Part shown: positions 13,601 through 24,902 of the stretch, one piece after another | How the letters are laid out: each line of letters opens with the position of its first letter | Position numbering within the stretch: position 1 is the stretch's first letter | Source of the DNA: Dimorphilus gyrociliatus | Taxonomy: Eukaryota > Animalia > Annelida | Direction of reading: 5' to 3' | Assembly: GCA_904063045.1 (NCBI GenBank) | Contig: CAJFCJ010000002.1 | Span: forward strand, 3,963,891 to 4,027,890 | Length of the DNA: 64,000 nt | Notes under the pieces: generated by a model | The model's database searches: none | The model's input: the letters and a program-made list of their open reading frames with translations, nothing else | Told to the model about the DNA's origin: nothing | Made by a program: the position numbers and the translations under genes

Positions 13601-14639
13601 GCGTTATTGCTGTTGCTTCTTTGATAAATACGTGATTCGAATCATACAGCCGTAAAACAGCCCTATCGTATTCTCTCCTTTCCTCTTTTTCTTTCCTTCA
13701 ACTGAATTTTCTATTCGATTTTCGAATAGAATAAACGTTAGAACACGATTAAATTCGGCTAAAGAATTTATTTATAAGGCTAAATAAAGTTTCGTAAACT
13801 AACTTGTATTTAAATAAAGGAAGAAAAGGAAAGAAAGAAAAGAAAGCATAATATACTTATTAAACGGATATGGAAAGAAACAATCAACAGAGACGATGCT
13901 AGTTTTTTGGCAACTATACGCTAATGTTAGGTAAATTACAAATACTGTTTTCATTATCGTTTTTTATCGTATAAATTGGTTTGTTTATCAAATTTTAGTT
14001 CATATTGTATGTAGTAAGCAGAGAGAAATAGAAAAAGAAGGGGAGAAAACAAATAGAGCGATAGACAGAATAGAGGAAAATGAAGAGAGAAAGAGAGACA
14101 GATAGACTGACAGACAGAGACATAAAGAGCTGGAGAAAGGGAAGCAGGGACGACGAGGAGAGAAGAAAATAAGCATTGAGTATACACAGAAGAAGTAATA
14201 TATTAAGGTTAACCCAAAAACTTATGGTACCAAAGCAAATAATTCTAAAGTTAATATATATGTATATACTCAATATGTATAGTCTATATAGGTTTTTAGA
14301 GAAAGTTTGTCTGTTCGTATTGATGGAAGCTTATGATTGAGTGAAAGGAGAGAAAAACTGACCTTTAAAAATACTATCCAACAAGTTGAGAGGAAAAACG
14401 AGGAGTGTAACGAGCACATCGGCTATAGCCAAATTGCCGACAAACAAGTTGGTTGTATTCTTTAATTGGGGAGTGCGAAGAATAGCTAGTATAACCAATA
14501 TGTTGTTAACAATAGAAAGGAAGAAGACCACTACATAAGCCAAGATCAGAATGGTTATCATAACTGGTCCTTGCTTGAGAATTGGATAGTAAAATCTACC
14601 CGAACCGTTAAACGGTATAGATGAATTATTAAAGTCCAT
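10603..14639 (-). CDS. Rhodopsin-family neuropeptide GPCR (SIFamide/NPFF/QRFP-like), 341 aa
   Basis: Exons 14639-14363, 12491-12392, 11335-11046, 10961-10603 splice in frame. NN in TM1, NLAIAD, CK..Y.QG, AIAIERY, SWLP and ANSCMNPFIYCYFS. The subfamily call is approximate. Confidence 0.9.
12801..12840. repeat. (GGA)9 plus (GCA)3 trinucleotide repeat in GPCR intron 1
   Basis: Read directly from the sequence. Confidence 0.9.
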
Positions 14640-14694
14640 TCCTAAAATTATGAAGTCCTCTTGAAAAGAATTAGAGTCCTCAACTTCCTTCTTC

Positions 14695-14833
14695 TCTCTT
14701 CTCTTTCCCTTGTAGTTTTCAGATACTTTGTACTTTTTCTCTTCCTTTTTAAACTCTTCTATCTTTCTCTCTCACTCTTTCACTCTCGCTTTCACTCGCT
14801 CTCTTCTTCACTCACTCGCTCTATCTCTCCCAC

Positions 14834-14878
<45 letters not shown>

Positions 14879-14950
14879 CGCTCGCTCGCTCCCTCGCTCT
14901 CTCTTTCGTTCTCTCTTTCGTTCTCTCTTCCCTTACGTCTCCTTCTCCCG
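14695..14950. repeat. Compound (CT)n/(CTCG)n polypyrimidine tract
   Basis: Long CT-rich tract with (CT)n and (CTCG)n cores immediately upstream of the GPCR ATG. Confidence 0.92.
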
Positions 14951-14979
14951 AGACTAATTGCGCAGGATATTGCGACCCA

Positions 14980-14995
14980 ACGCCAGAGGGCACTG
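14980..14995 (+). promoter_or_regulatory. CTCF-like motif upstream of the GPCR
   Basis: ACGCCAGAGGGCACTG is close to the CCASYAGRKGGCRS consensus and lies about 340 bp upstream of the GPCR ATG. Confidence 0.45.
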
Positions 14996-16206
14996 GCTTT
15001 ATCCTTTACCGTGCCAAAATTCAAGGCCTACCACTCTTGACTCTAGCATATGAAGGCATAGCCTCATCTCTTCATTGTCGTCCTGGAGAAGTAATAACTT
15101 TCTTTTTTTACAATGTTTCCAATAGTTTCATTAAAAAAAATTTAATCTATTAATAGAAAAATGAAGAAGATACGGGAGTGGAACCGAAGTTAATAGGCTT
15201 AAAACGCCTGATAAACAATTGTATTATTTATATCGGTTTTTTATTTTGTATGCTTTTTTCTTCATTTTTTTTTTACTTTTCTATAAATACAAGAACGTGA
15301 GACTTATACTTTTCCCCTTGAGGGCAGTCGTCCTTTTTTCCCATCTCTTTAACCTAAAGTATTTCCGATATCATAGAAAAAAAATTCTATTTAACACCTG
15401 TTCTTAGTAAATAAAGAAAAAACTCGACAACAAGGAAATTTCACTTTTTCAATAAAGACTAGCAAACTACCAGTACTATATATATATATATATACTGTAC
15501 GTATTGTATGTACTGAATATACTACATATTATCGTCATTCATTCTTTCTTTTTATACACAAGTGTGTATAAATAGGATATTCTATACATGGAAATACTGT
15601 ACATATATAAACATTATAGAGTAACATATTCTTCCTGACAAGAATAGAGTTATTTTTATTGTCGGCTTTTCTCTTTTTCACCTTCTTATAAAGTCAACAG
15701 CCTAGAGGCGATAGGAAGGAGAAAATGATGACTATGAAGTAGGAAGGGATGAAAGGAGAGGAAGTACGAAAGAAAATTTCTTTCCACTGTCATTCTGCAG
15801 CATTATATTTTATCGGTATAAAAAAGGTTCTGAAAAAGAAAGTACCAAAAGTACAGGTAATGGATTACATAACTAAATAGAATTGTCTATAACAAACAAC
15901 ATTAAGCAAACAACCATCTAGTGACAGCTGTGCTGCAACATTTTTTTTATCATACGCAAAAAACATATGTTACGATAATTTATTCTTTTCTGGTCTTAAT
16001 AACCACTCATATCGATTTATTACTGATATTTATAGGTCGCTCTAAATCTTATTCTTTATGTCTATCACTCTTATTTTCTAACTAGTAAGCCTACAATCTA
16101 GATAAGACTATTATTCATGCAATGTTGCGTGATAAGCGTTATCTTTTGCGTTAGAAAATTGTCAATAGTACAGTTTACTCCTCATTCTCTGGACATTTCT
16201 GTTGAA

Positions 16207-19200
16207 ATGGCATTGAATCAGTTTCTTTTGTTATTATGGAAAAACTGGTTGTTACAAAGCAGAAAGATTGTATTAACCCTTTTCCAAATTGGTCTACCAA
16301 CTGTTTTTGCTCTTATTTTGGTTCTAATTCGACCTAGAGTTACATTAGACATATATCCAGAAGATACATCTTTTTATCAAATCCCTTCAACAGTTTTTAT
16401 ATTGCCATTTCAGTATCGCGCATTATCGTGTTGTTTAAAGGATAAAATTCATTTAGCTTATTCTCCTGAAAATGATATAACTACTAGAATTATGAATAGA
16501 TTTAAAGAAACTCACTGGTCAGGAGAAGAATTTATAGATGTAATACGTAAGTATCTAATTATTTAGATGACTAATAAGATGTAATGAGTCACCACCTGTG
16601 CCAATAATCATGACTGACTGAAATATTGTTATCTCTTAAAAACAGCTTTTAAAAATGAGTCCATGCTGGAGGCATATTTCCGTAACATACAGGCTGATAA
16701 TAGCCCACCTGGGGAACGGTTTAATTGTTCATTTTATCCCATTATACCTCCTGAAATTGAACAAATTTGCGACTTGTGGAGCAATCAGTCAATTCCAATT
16801 AAAATGGGTGGGATTGTCTTTAAGAATGTTGTTGATGAAATACCAAAACAAGTGGAATACAAAATTCGTTTTCCTGCAAAACATTTAATAATACGACAAA
16901 ATAGAGGGGATTTTTTTTCGGCTACGGATTGGCTCACTACTTTCATTTTCCCTAGATTCCGATTAGCTGGACCTAGAAGCAGATATAATATCTATGGTGG
17001 GGCTCCCAACTATATTAGAACTGGGTTTTCAGGTGTACAAATAGCTTTAGACAAGGCTATTGCACTTGAGAAAACTTCTAATACTGATAACCTACCTATT
17101 GCAAAATTCAGAAGAATGTCTTACCCTCCTCATATTAGAGATTTCTTCATTCAAGTAATCCAACGGCAATTACCCTTCATTATAATGTTAAGTCTAATAA
17201 TCACTGCTGCAAATGTTGTACAAGATCTAGTTTTAGAGAAAGAAAAGAGACTGAGAGAGTCAATGAAGCTAATGGGTCTTAAGACCTGGGTTCATTGGTT
17301 ATCTTGGTTTGTCAAATACTTGTCATTTATATTAATATCAATAGCTATCATGACTATACTGTATTGTGTCAAGTTCAGTTCCAAAGGAGCAATAATACGT
17401 TTCGCTGATCCTTCATTGATATTTGTTTTTTTATTGCTATATTCCATTGCAACCATTATGTTTTGCTTTGCTGTAAGCTGTGCATTTTCTAAAGCAAGTT
17501 CAGGAGCTGCGGCTGGAGCTGTTCTCTTCTTAGCATCATATGTTCCTTACTTCTTTTTTCAAAATCAGTATGAAACATTAAGTAATGGGGTAAAGTTTGG
17601 AACATCTATCTTTCACAATGTAGCAATGGCTTTCGGTTGCATGCAGATAGCATTATTTGAAGGAACAGGCGTTGGTCTTAAGTGGAACAATTTCCATAAA
17701 CCGTACAGCGTCGATGACAGCTTTACTATGTTGCACGTCTTCGTTATGCTAATTGCCGATTCTATCTTCTACGGCCTGATTACATGGTATTTGGACAACG
17801 TTGTACCTGGCGAGTATGGCATACCTCGACCATTGTACTTTCCGTTTACTGTAAGTTTATAATAAAATACCCTCGTGTAAAAGAAGAAAAGATGAATGAG
17901 ACGTTTATCTGAATCTCTAGTGACTTTTTTCTCCCTTTACAGAAATCCTATTGGTGTGGAAAAAAAGTGCGCCATATGGATGTGGAGGAGATTGATACAG
18001 CTGACTTGGACTCTGAGAGTTTTGAGAAATTACCAGTCGGAGCTATAAGCGGCATTTGTTTGAGAAACTTACGAAAAGAGTTTGGTTCAGGCCCGAGTAA
18101 AAAAATTGCAGTACAGGGAACAACTATAGACATGTTAGAGGGTCAAATAACCGCTTTGTTAGGTCATAACGGGGCTGGAAAAACAACAACAATGTCAATG
18201 TTAACTGGCTTTCTTCAACCATCCTCCGGTACTGCATACATTAACGGCCTTGACATACGTACAGATTTAGAAGAAGTTCGAAAGACTTTGGGACTCTGTC
18301 CACAACATGACATACTATTCGATAATCTGACTGTTAAGGAACATTTGGAATTTTTCGCAAAGGTTCGTTATCTCGCTTCGTCGCTCGTTAATCGCTCAAG
18401 AACTTGTTGCCAATGATTCCGTCTATATATTATTTGCGCAGAAATTTCTTCTTGAGTACGAATAAATCTATTTATTTCGTTTCCTAATGACAGTTGAAAG
18501 GATGTGAGGCGAAAGACGTAAAGTCCGAAGTCGATAGAATGATCGAAGTACTAAAACTCCATGACAAACGCAATTACAAAGCGGGGGGCTTGTCAGGGGG
18601 TCAAAAGAGAAAGCTGAGTGTGGGAATTGCGTTGATAGGCGGATCGGTAAAGATTTTTTATTATTGATAAGTCAACATGCATTTAACTAAATGCAAAATG
18701 TTTTTTTTTTTTTGTTAGAAAATTGTTATTTTGGACGAACCAACAAGCGGTATGGACCCTGAGGCAAGAAGACAAACGTGGGATATTTTACAGTCTGAAA
18801 GAGAAGGTAGAACTATGATATTATCTACACACTTTATGGACGAAGCGGATCTATTGGGAGATCGTATTGCAATCATGGCTCACGGTAAAGTTCAATGTTA
18901 CGGAACTAGTCTCTTCCTGAAAAAGAAATACGGAGTTGGTTACCATATGGTCATTGTAAAATCTAAAAACTGTGATGTGAATATTCTAACTGAAGTTGTT
19001 TGCAAACACGTACCTGAAGCAGCAATTGAAAGTAATATAAGTTCTGAACTATCATATGTCTTACCTCAAGAATCAAGCTCTGCCTTTGAAGGGCTATTTA
19101 GTGAATTAGAGGCTGACAAGATTAAACTGGGTATTAGTTCCTTTGGAGCTTCAGTAACAACCATGGAAGAGGTCTTCCTTAAAGTCGGCGAAAGTGTTGA

Positions 19201-22200
19201 TTCTACATTGGAGGAGAAAATGATTTCTCAAGCACCAGACACAAAAAATGGTCTTACTTATCACAACTATGAAAATCCTGTATTCGAAAAAGATCAAGAT
19301 CTGGAATTAAAAGGTCCAATAGGTTAGTATTTTGAGTCGCTAATTTTTACGAATGACTAGGCAGCTACAGGGTTTTCGGATAGAGTTCGTACTCTCTAAT
19401 ACCAACTGCTATTTTTATTAGCAGAGAAAATTTCGTTAAAGTCGATGAACACTAAAAAAATAGCTATTCCAATCCCTAAAAAGTTATCAGGTTTCCCTTT
19501 TATTATTACGTAGTACGATATATAGAATGAAAACTAAAGAATCAGTTTTAGGCAGAGAGGACAAATCTTCGTCTGAAACTAGTCCTAAATTATCTTTTAT
19601 TGCTTTTCATGATTGATAAATGTTATCTAAAAAAGTTTCTGTATAAAAAAAAATGACTTTATATTGATATAGCATAACGACACTGTCCTACAGTTCTAGA
19701 TAGTTGAGATAAGCGATACATCAGGTTCTAATATATATTAGAAATAACACTTATAACTATTACTTTATTTACATAGAGGCATCCAAACAATAAACATATA
19801 CTTTTATTAACGCTCGTCTCTTTTCCCAAACGACTTTTCTTTTTTCATCCTTGTCGTATTTATTTGAAGAGGAGAAGCTTACAAACGAAGTCGCAATTGC
19901 TTGTTGATCATGCTTAAAAGGCTTTTTCATTGAGAACGCAATTCGACGCTCCCTTTTCATTAAAGCAAAGGGATTGTTTCGGGTAGTTGTAATAGTTTTG
20001 ACCGACTATAGATTAGTCTGCTCATTTGGGAGCGACTCTGATACCCGGAACCCTGATTAAGCCGCTTAGTTGCACCTAAGGCATAGATTACATCACTTGC
20101 ATTATTTAGGTCCTCAATACAAGAAAGTATATCCAGCAGGTGGCAAGAAAATTGACTTTAATGAAGGATCAAAATCTCCTCAACTACCTTGGAGTATTTC
20201 AAAGAAAAATTCTGGAGGAAAGTTGGTTTTACAACAAGTACGTACAATGCTATGGAAACGCTTTATACACTCTCTGAGAAACAAACTGGTCTCGGTTACC
20301 CAACTAGCTGTACCTCTCTTTTTTACAATTATACCCTGTATAGTTTTGAGAACTCTTCCAGGACCTAGAGAAGGACCAGCCCTCAATCTTTCTCTAAGCA
20401 TGTATGACAGCCCAATTACAACGGTGTATTCTAACTATTCGGCTAATAATCAAATAATGCCTCGTTTGCTTGAGAATTTTAAAAATTATGCAAATGAATA
20501 CGGATCAATCAGGGAACCAGGATCGGAGAAATATAATGGATCTAACCGTTATATTGTCGAACAAGCCAAGAACAGCCTCTCGCTCTACAAGAACAACTAT
20601 CAAGTAGCTATTGATGGAAGACAAACCTATTTTGAACTCTTATTTAACGGAGAGAGTTATCATTCTGTAGGCACTGCTTTTTCCGTACTTGGCAATGCAG
20701 TGCAAAGAATGCTTATATCACCTGAACATGGCGTTAAGGCAACCAATCACCCTCTTCCTCGTGACACAAATGAACAAGTGGAAGATGAATTGAGGAGTAG
20801 TGCGGCACTTGGTATGATAATAGCTTTTAATGTTATGTTTGGTATGGCTTTCTTAGTTGGTACGTTTGCAATTTTTTTGATAAAAGAAAGAGCAGTGAAA
20901 TCAAAACATCTCCAATTTGTCTCTGGTGTCAACAGTTTTAGTTTCTGGTCAGCAACCTTTTTTTACGATCTTATCAATTATGCGATACCATCTATTCTAT
21001 TAATACCTGTTTTCGTTGCTTTCAATATTAAAGCTTTAGTAGCGGGAACTAATCTTGCGTGGTTGTTTCTTATTGATATGCTTTATGGTTGGGCCATCTT
21101 ACCATTTATCTATTTTACATCGTCAATATTTACCGTACCATCGTCTGGTTACGTTTGGTTAACGGTTTTGAACATCTTTACTGGAACTTTAGCCGTTTTA
21201 GCTGTTTTGATTCTAAGAATTCCAGATTTGAATACTGGTACAATTGCAGATGTTTTAGAATGGGTTTTCCATATAATATTGCCGAATTTTAATTTCGGTC
21301 GAGCTCTGCAAAATCTCTATATAAATGCCGACAACAGAAGAATATGTGACAGACCTGAAATTGAATCATTTTGCAACAGTATGATAGAGATAATGAACTC
21401 TACGAACCCCTGTTGCTTTCAAACAGAAAGATGCGGTAATTTTTGCGCCCATTGGACGAAAAATCCAGCTGATTGGTCATCTCCCGGTATTGGAAAGAGC
21501 TTGATCTTCTTATCTATACAGGGACTTTTATTTACTATGCTTGTATTCATTATTGATAGCGGAACAGCTAGAAGGGCAGTAAGTGCATTTGTAAGCAGTA
21601 GCAGGGCTATGATGGCATCACAATTTGATGATGACAGCATGATTGATGAAGATGTTCAAGAGGAAAAACTTAGGATAAAGTCAACTCCTATGGATACGCT
21701 TGCTAAAACTGATACGATCGTTTTATCCGATGTGGTAAAATTTTATGGTAATTTTAGGGCCGTTGAAGGTCTAAATGTTGGCATACCAGGGGGTGAATGT
21801 TTTGGTCTATTAGGTGTAAATGGAGCAGGAAAAACAACTACTTTTAAAATGCTTACGGGCGATGAGAGTTTATCTGGTGGAAAAGCGTTCATAGAAACTT
21901 ATAATGTTGCCTCCGAAATCAAACAAGTTCAACAAAGGGTGGGATATTGCCCCCAATTTGATGCTCTAATTGACCAAATGACTGTAAAAGAAACGCTGGA
22001 GATGTATGCTCGATTGAGAGGTGTAAGGGAAGAAGAATTAAAGCAAGTAGTCCAAAGTCTTATTCAGGGACTTCTTTTAGAAGAGTATACGGATAAACAA
22101 GCAGGTCAACTATCTGGAGGTAACAAACGCAAACTGTCAACTGCTATGGCATTAGTAGGAGATCCTCCAGTTATCCTCTTGGATGAGCCAACAACAGGAA

Positions 22201-22763
22201 TGGATCCTGTTGCTCGTCGTCTTCTATGGCAAACACTTAATAAAGTGAGAGATGCTGGAAAAACTCTAGTCTTAACATCTCATAGTATGGAAGAATGTGA
22301 AGCACTATGTACTAGATTAGCCATTATGGTGAATGGTCAATTTAAATGTCTAGGAACAACACAACATCTAAAGACAAGATTTGGTGAAGGATATACTCTT
22401 GTCGCAAAACTCAGCGGGTCCACTGAAGAAGAAGTAGCTGAAAGAATGCAAGAAATGCAAAATTTTGTGGAATCTTCTTTTGAAGGAGCTACTTTGAAAG
22501 ATAAACACCACGGTCTAGTTTATTATCAACTAAAGAGTAGAGGTGTTTCTTGGGCTAGTCTATTCGGAACAATCGAAAAAAATCGTGAACGTTTACACAT
22601 AGACGACTATTCTGTCAGCCAAACAACATTAGAACAAGTTTTTATAAATTTTGCGAGAACGCAAAAACCCCCAACTATCGATAAAAGTAATATTGGGGTT
22701 CAATGTACTAGGTGCTGTTCCTATATATTGTGTTGTCGGTGTTGCTGTAAAGATGATGCCTGA
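16207..22763 (+). CDS. ABCA3: Full ABC transporter subfamily A (ABCA3-like), about 1791 aa
   Basis: Exons 16207-16546, 16646-17850, 17943-18362, 18494-18646, 18719-19322, 20110-22763. N-terminal [10 protein letters not shown]; two NBDs ([22 protein letters not shown] and [22 protein letters not shown]). Confidence 0.93.
19422..19490 (+). other. Candidate 69-nt cassette exon of ABCA3
   Basis: tttttattag|CAGAG..TTATCAG|gtttcc; phase 1-1, open ([23 protein letters not shown]). Confidence 0.45.
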
Positions 22764-23145
22764 AGAAACACTAGATATATTTCATTTTTTTATTTAAAAG
22801 TAACTTCTACGTCAATGTTTAGCTTGTAGAAGATAAATAATTTTAAATCAAAAGAAATTCAGAACGCTGATGCGTTTCCTGCAAACAGGCGAGTGGAAGC
22901 TAACATTTTTTCTTGCTTTAATTGTTTATATATTTACTTTCTCTTTTTTTTTTGCCTTTACAAATAAAACAGTAGGATAATGACATTTGAATTGAAAAAC
23001 CTTCAATAGAATGATAGATATCAGTTGATGTCTCTGTCTAGGCTTATTTTTAAAAATAGAATTAATAAGATGACTAGTGCAAGTGAAAACGTACTATTTT
23101 AGAAATTGACGCAAGATGAGAATGAAGAAGGAAAGAAGGTGAAAG

Positions 23146-23218
23146 ACAGAGAGAGAGAGAGAGAGAGAGAGCGATAGAGATAGAGATAGAGATAGAGATA
23201 GATAGAGAGAGAGAGAGA
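23146..23218. repeat. Compound (GA)n/(GATAGA)n microsatellite
   Basis: Read directly from the sequence, downstream of ABCA3. Confidence 0.92.
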
Positions 23219-23333
23219 GTGCACCTTCAGGTTGACTAATTAATTGTCTTTTTGTTTCTAATTAAGTTGTAAGTATTTTCCTCAGGATTACGCTGCAGGG
23301 AATTAACCTGTAACATGTTTGTAAGTGTAATTA

Positions 23334-23698
23334 TTAATATAGCGCTTTAAAAATGGAGCAAACCAATTTTTTATTCAATGTTCTTATTTGGCATTGCACG
23401 TCATATTTCCACTTCTGAAATAAAGTAGATATATATTGCTAGTAGAACGTTTTTTTTATACACCAAATGGGATTCGAGCCTAATATATTTATATATAGAA
23501 TACATCTGTATATATAAAATACTAATACCATATAATTAAATATCTTACATCATATGGTTCTCTTCTTTCCATATTCCAATCTTTAACCAACTTCCATTGT
23601 TCTGGTATACAATCCAATGCTGGTAAAGGACCTCTAAGAGGCGTTAAACCGATCGAACTCGACGACGAAGAAGAAGGATAGTTTGGTGTCTGAGACAT
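23334..23698 (-). CDS. Possible small orphan protein (about 76 aa)
   Basis: ATG 23698 (MSQTPNYPSSSSSSSIGLTPLRGPLPALDCIPEQWKLVKDWNMERREPYD), donor GAT|gtaaga at 23548, candidate acceptor tttcag at 23415, stop at 23334. An upstream non-coding intron 23962-23777 has strong sites. No homology recognised. Confidence 0.33.
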
Positions 23699-24902
23699 AA
23701 CTAACTACCTTTTATTGTATAGCCACCACTTGAAAAGAGAAAGCCGATTTGTATTGGTTTTTACTGTGCGATTTACCTAAGTAGAGGCATAAATATAGGA
23801 TTAAGCCAGTAGTCTTGTAATAACGTCTTGCAGTTTAATTAGAAAATAATATATAAATAATAAAGTTTGATGAATTTGTTTTTTATTTCATTCGTCTTTT
23901 AAGAATTGAAAAATTCTACAGAAATTGTAATAGTTTATATAAGACATAAATTTTAGACTCACCGCTAGGTCGTAAACTCTCTACACCAATTCTATTCCTA
24001 ATCCGTCAATATTCTTTTGTGATTAGACTGTCTGCAAGTTTGTGGGTAGTCTTAGACGAATAAATACAAAGTTCTAGATTTATTTAATCATCTCTTATTT
24101 TCTTTGCTAATGAAATTTCTAAAGTCGACTATTTTAAATATCACCAGTATTAAAGTTATATTATTAGAATAACCCTATAATGTTTAATTATAAAGGAAGC
24201 ATTCTATATACGCTGAGCCCTTTAGAAACGCTTCCTTCCATTCTAAATATGTTTTAAGCTAAGCTTAGAGTTCAGGTTTGTTTTCCATGATATTAAATAT
24301 TTGCGTGCTTTAGTATTTTTAGTTATCGGTATATTGATTTTATAATGAATGATACATCTTCTAAGATAATCTTAATATCGTTAATAATTCCTTGTGATGG
24401 AGCGTAGAGTTTCTATTTACGCAGAAAGGTAGGCGTTCTGCAAGCTTTAATTGATGAACTTTTAGCTGGAAATTAGCCTGATTACTTGTAAATATTCTAG
24501 TCATATTCATATAGAGATAATGCTATGTCTTTTATCATTTTTACACAACTGGTAAAAATATTTTTAACATACAAATGTCACAAAATATAGAATATATAGG
24601 CTAATTGTATTTCATTCGGGAACTATATATATATATATGTTTTAAAAGTCTGTGTATTTAAAGAACTATCGCGAAAAATGGGTATTTCCTACAAGCTCCA
24701 ACACAGATTGAAAATACAGATAAATAACAACTTGCCCATTACATGAAAACAATACTTTCGTAATCATTTTAAAAAAACCAATCAAGTGTTAAACGAGACT
24801 AAAATTAACAAATTAGGGAGTAAGTCATGAAGCAATGTGCTTTAATTTTTTCTAACCCACCCAATTGAATCCAACTGAAATTTTATTCTTCTTAAGATAA
24901 TA

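Noticed and set aside
13954-15153. ORFs 13954-14187, 13995-14273, 14661-14957, 14728-15153, 14808-14993 and 14821-15024
   Set aside because: They are translations of CT/GA microsatellite tracts (SLSLSL, RERERE) with no codon-like complexity.
18395-18456. 8-bp stem CTCAAGAA/TTCTTGAG in ABCA3 intron 3, and loose hairpins at 19360-19410 and 19978-20050
   Set aside because: Stems of this length are expected by chance, with no snoRNA boxes or pre-miRNA geometry.
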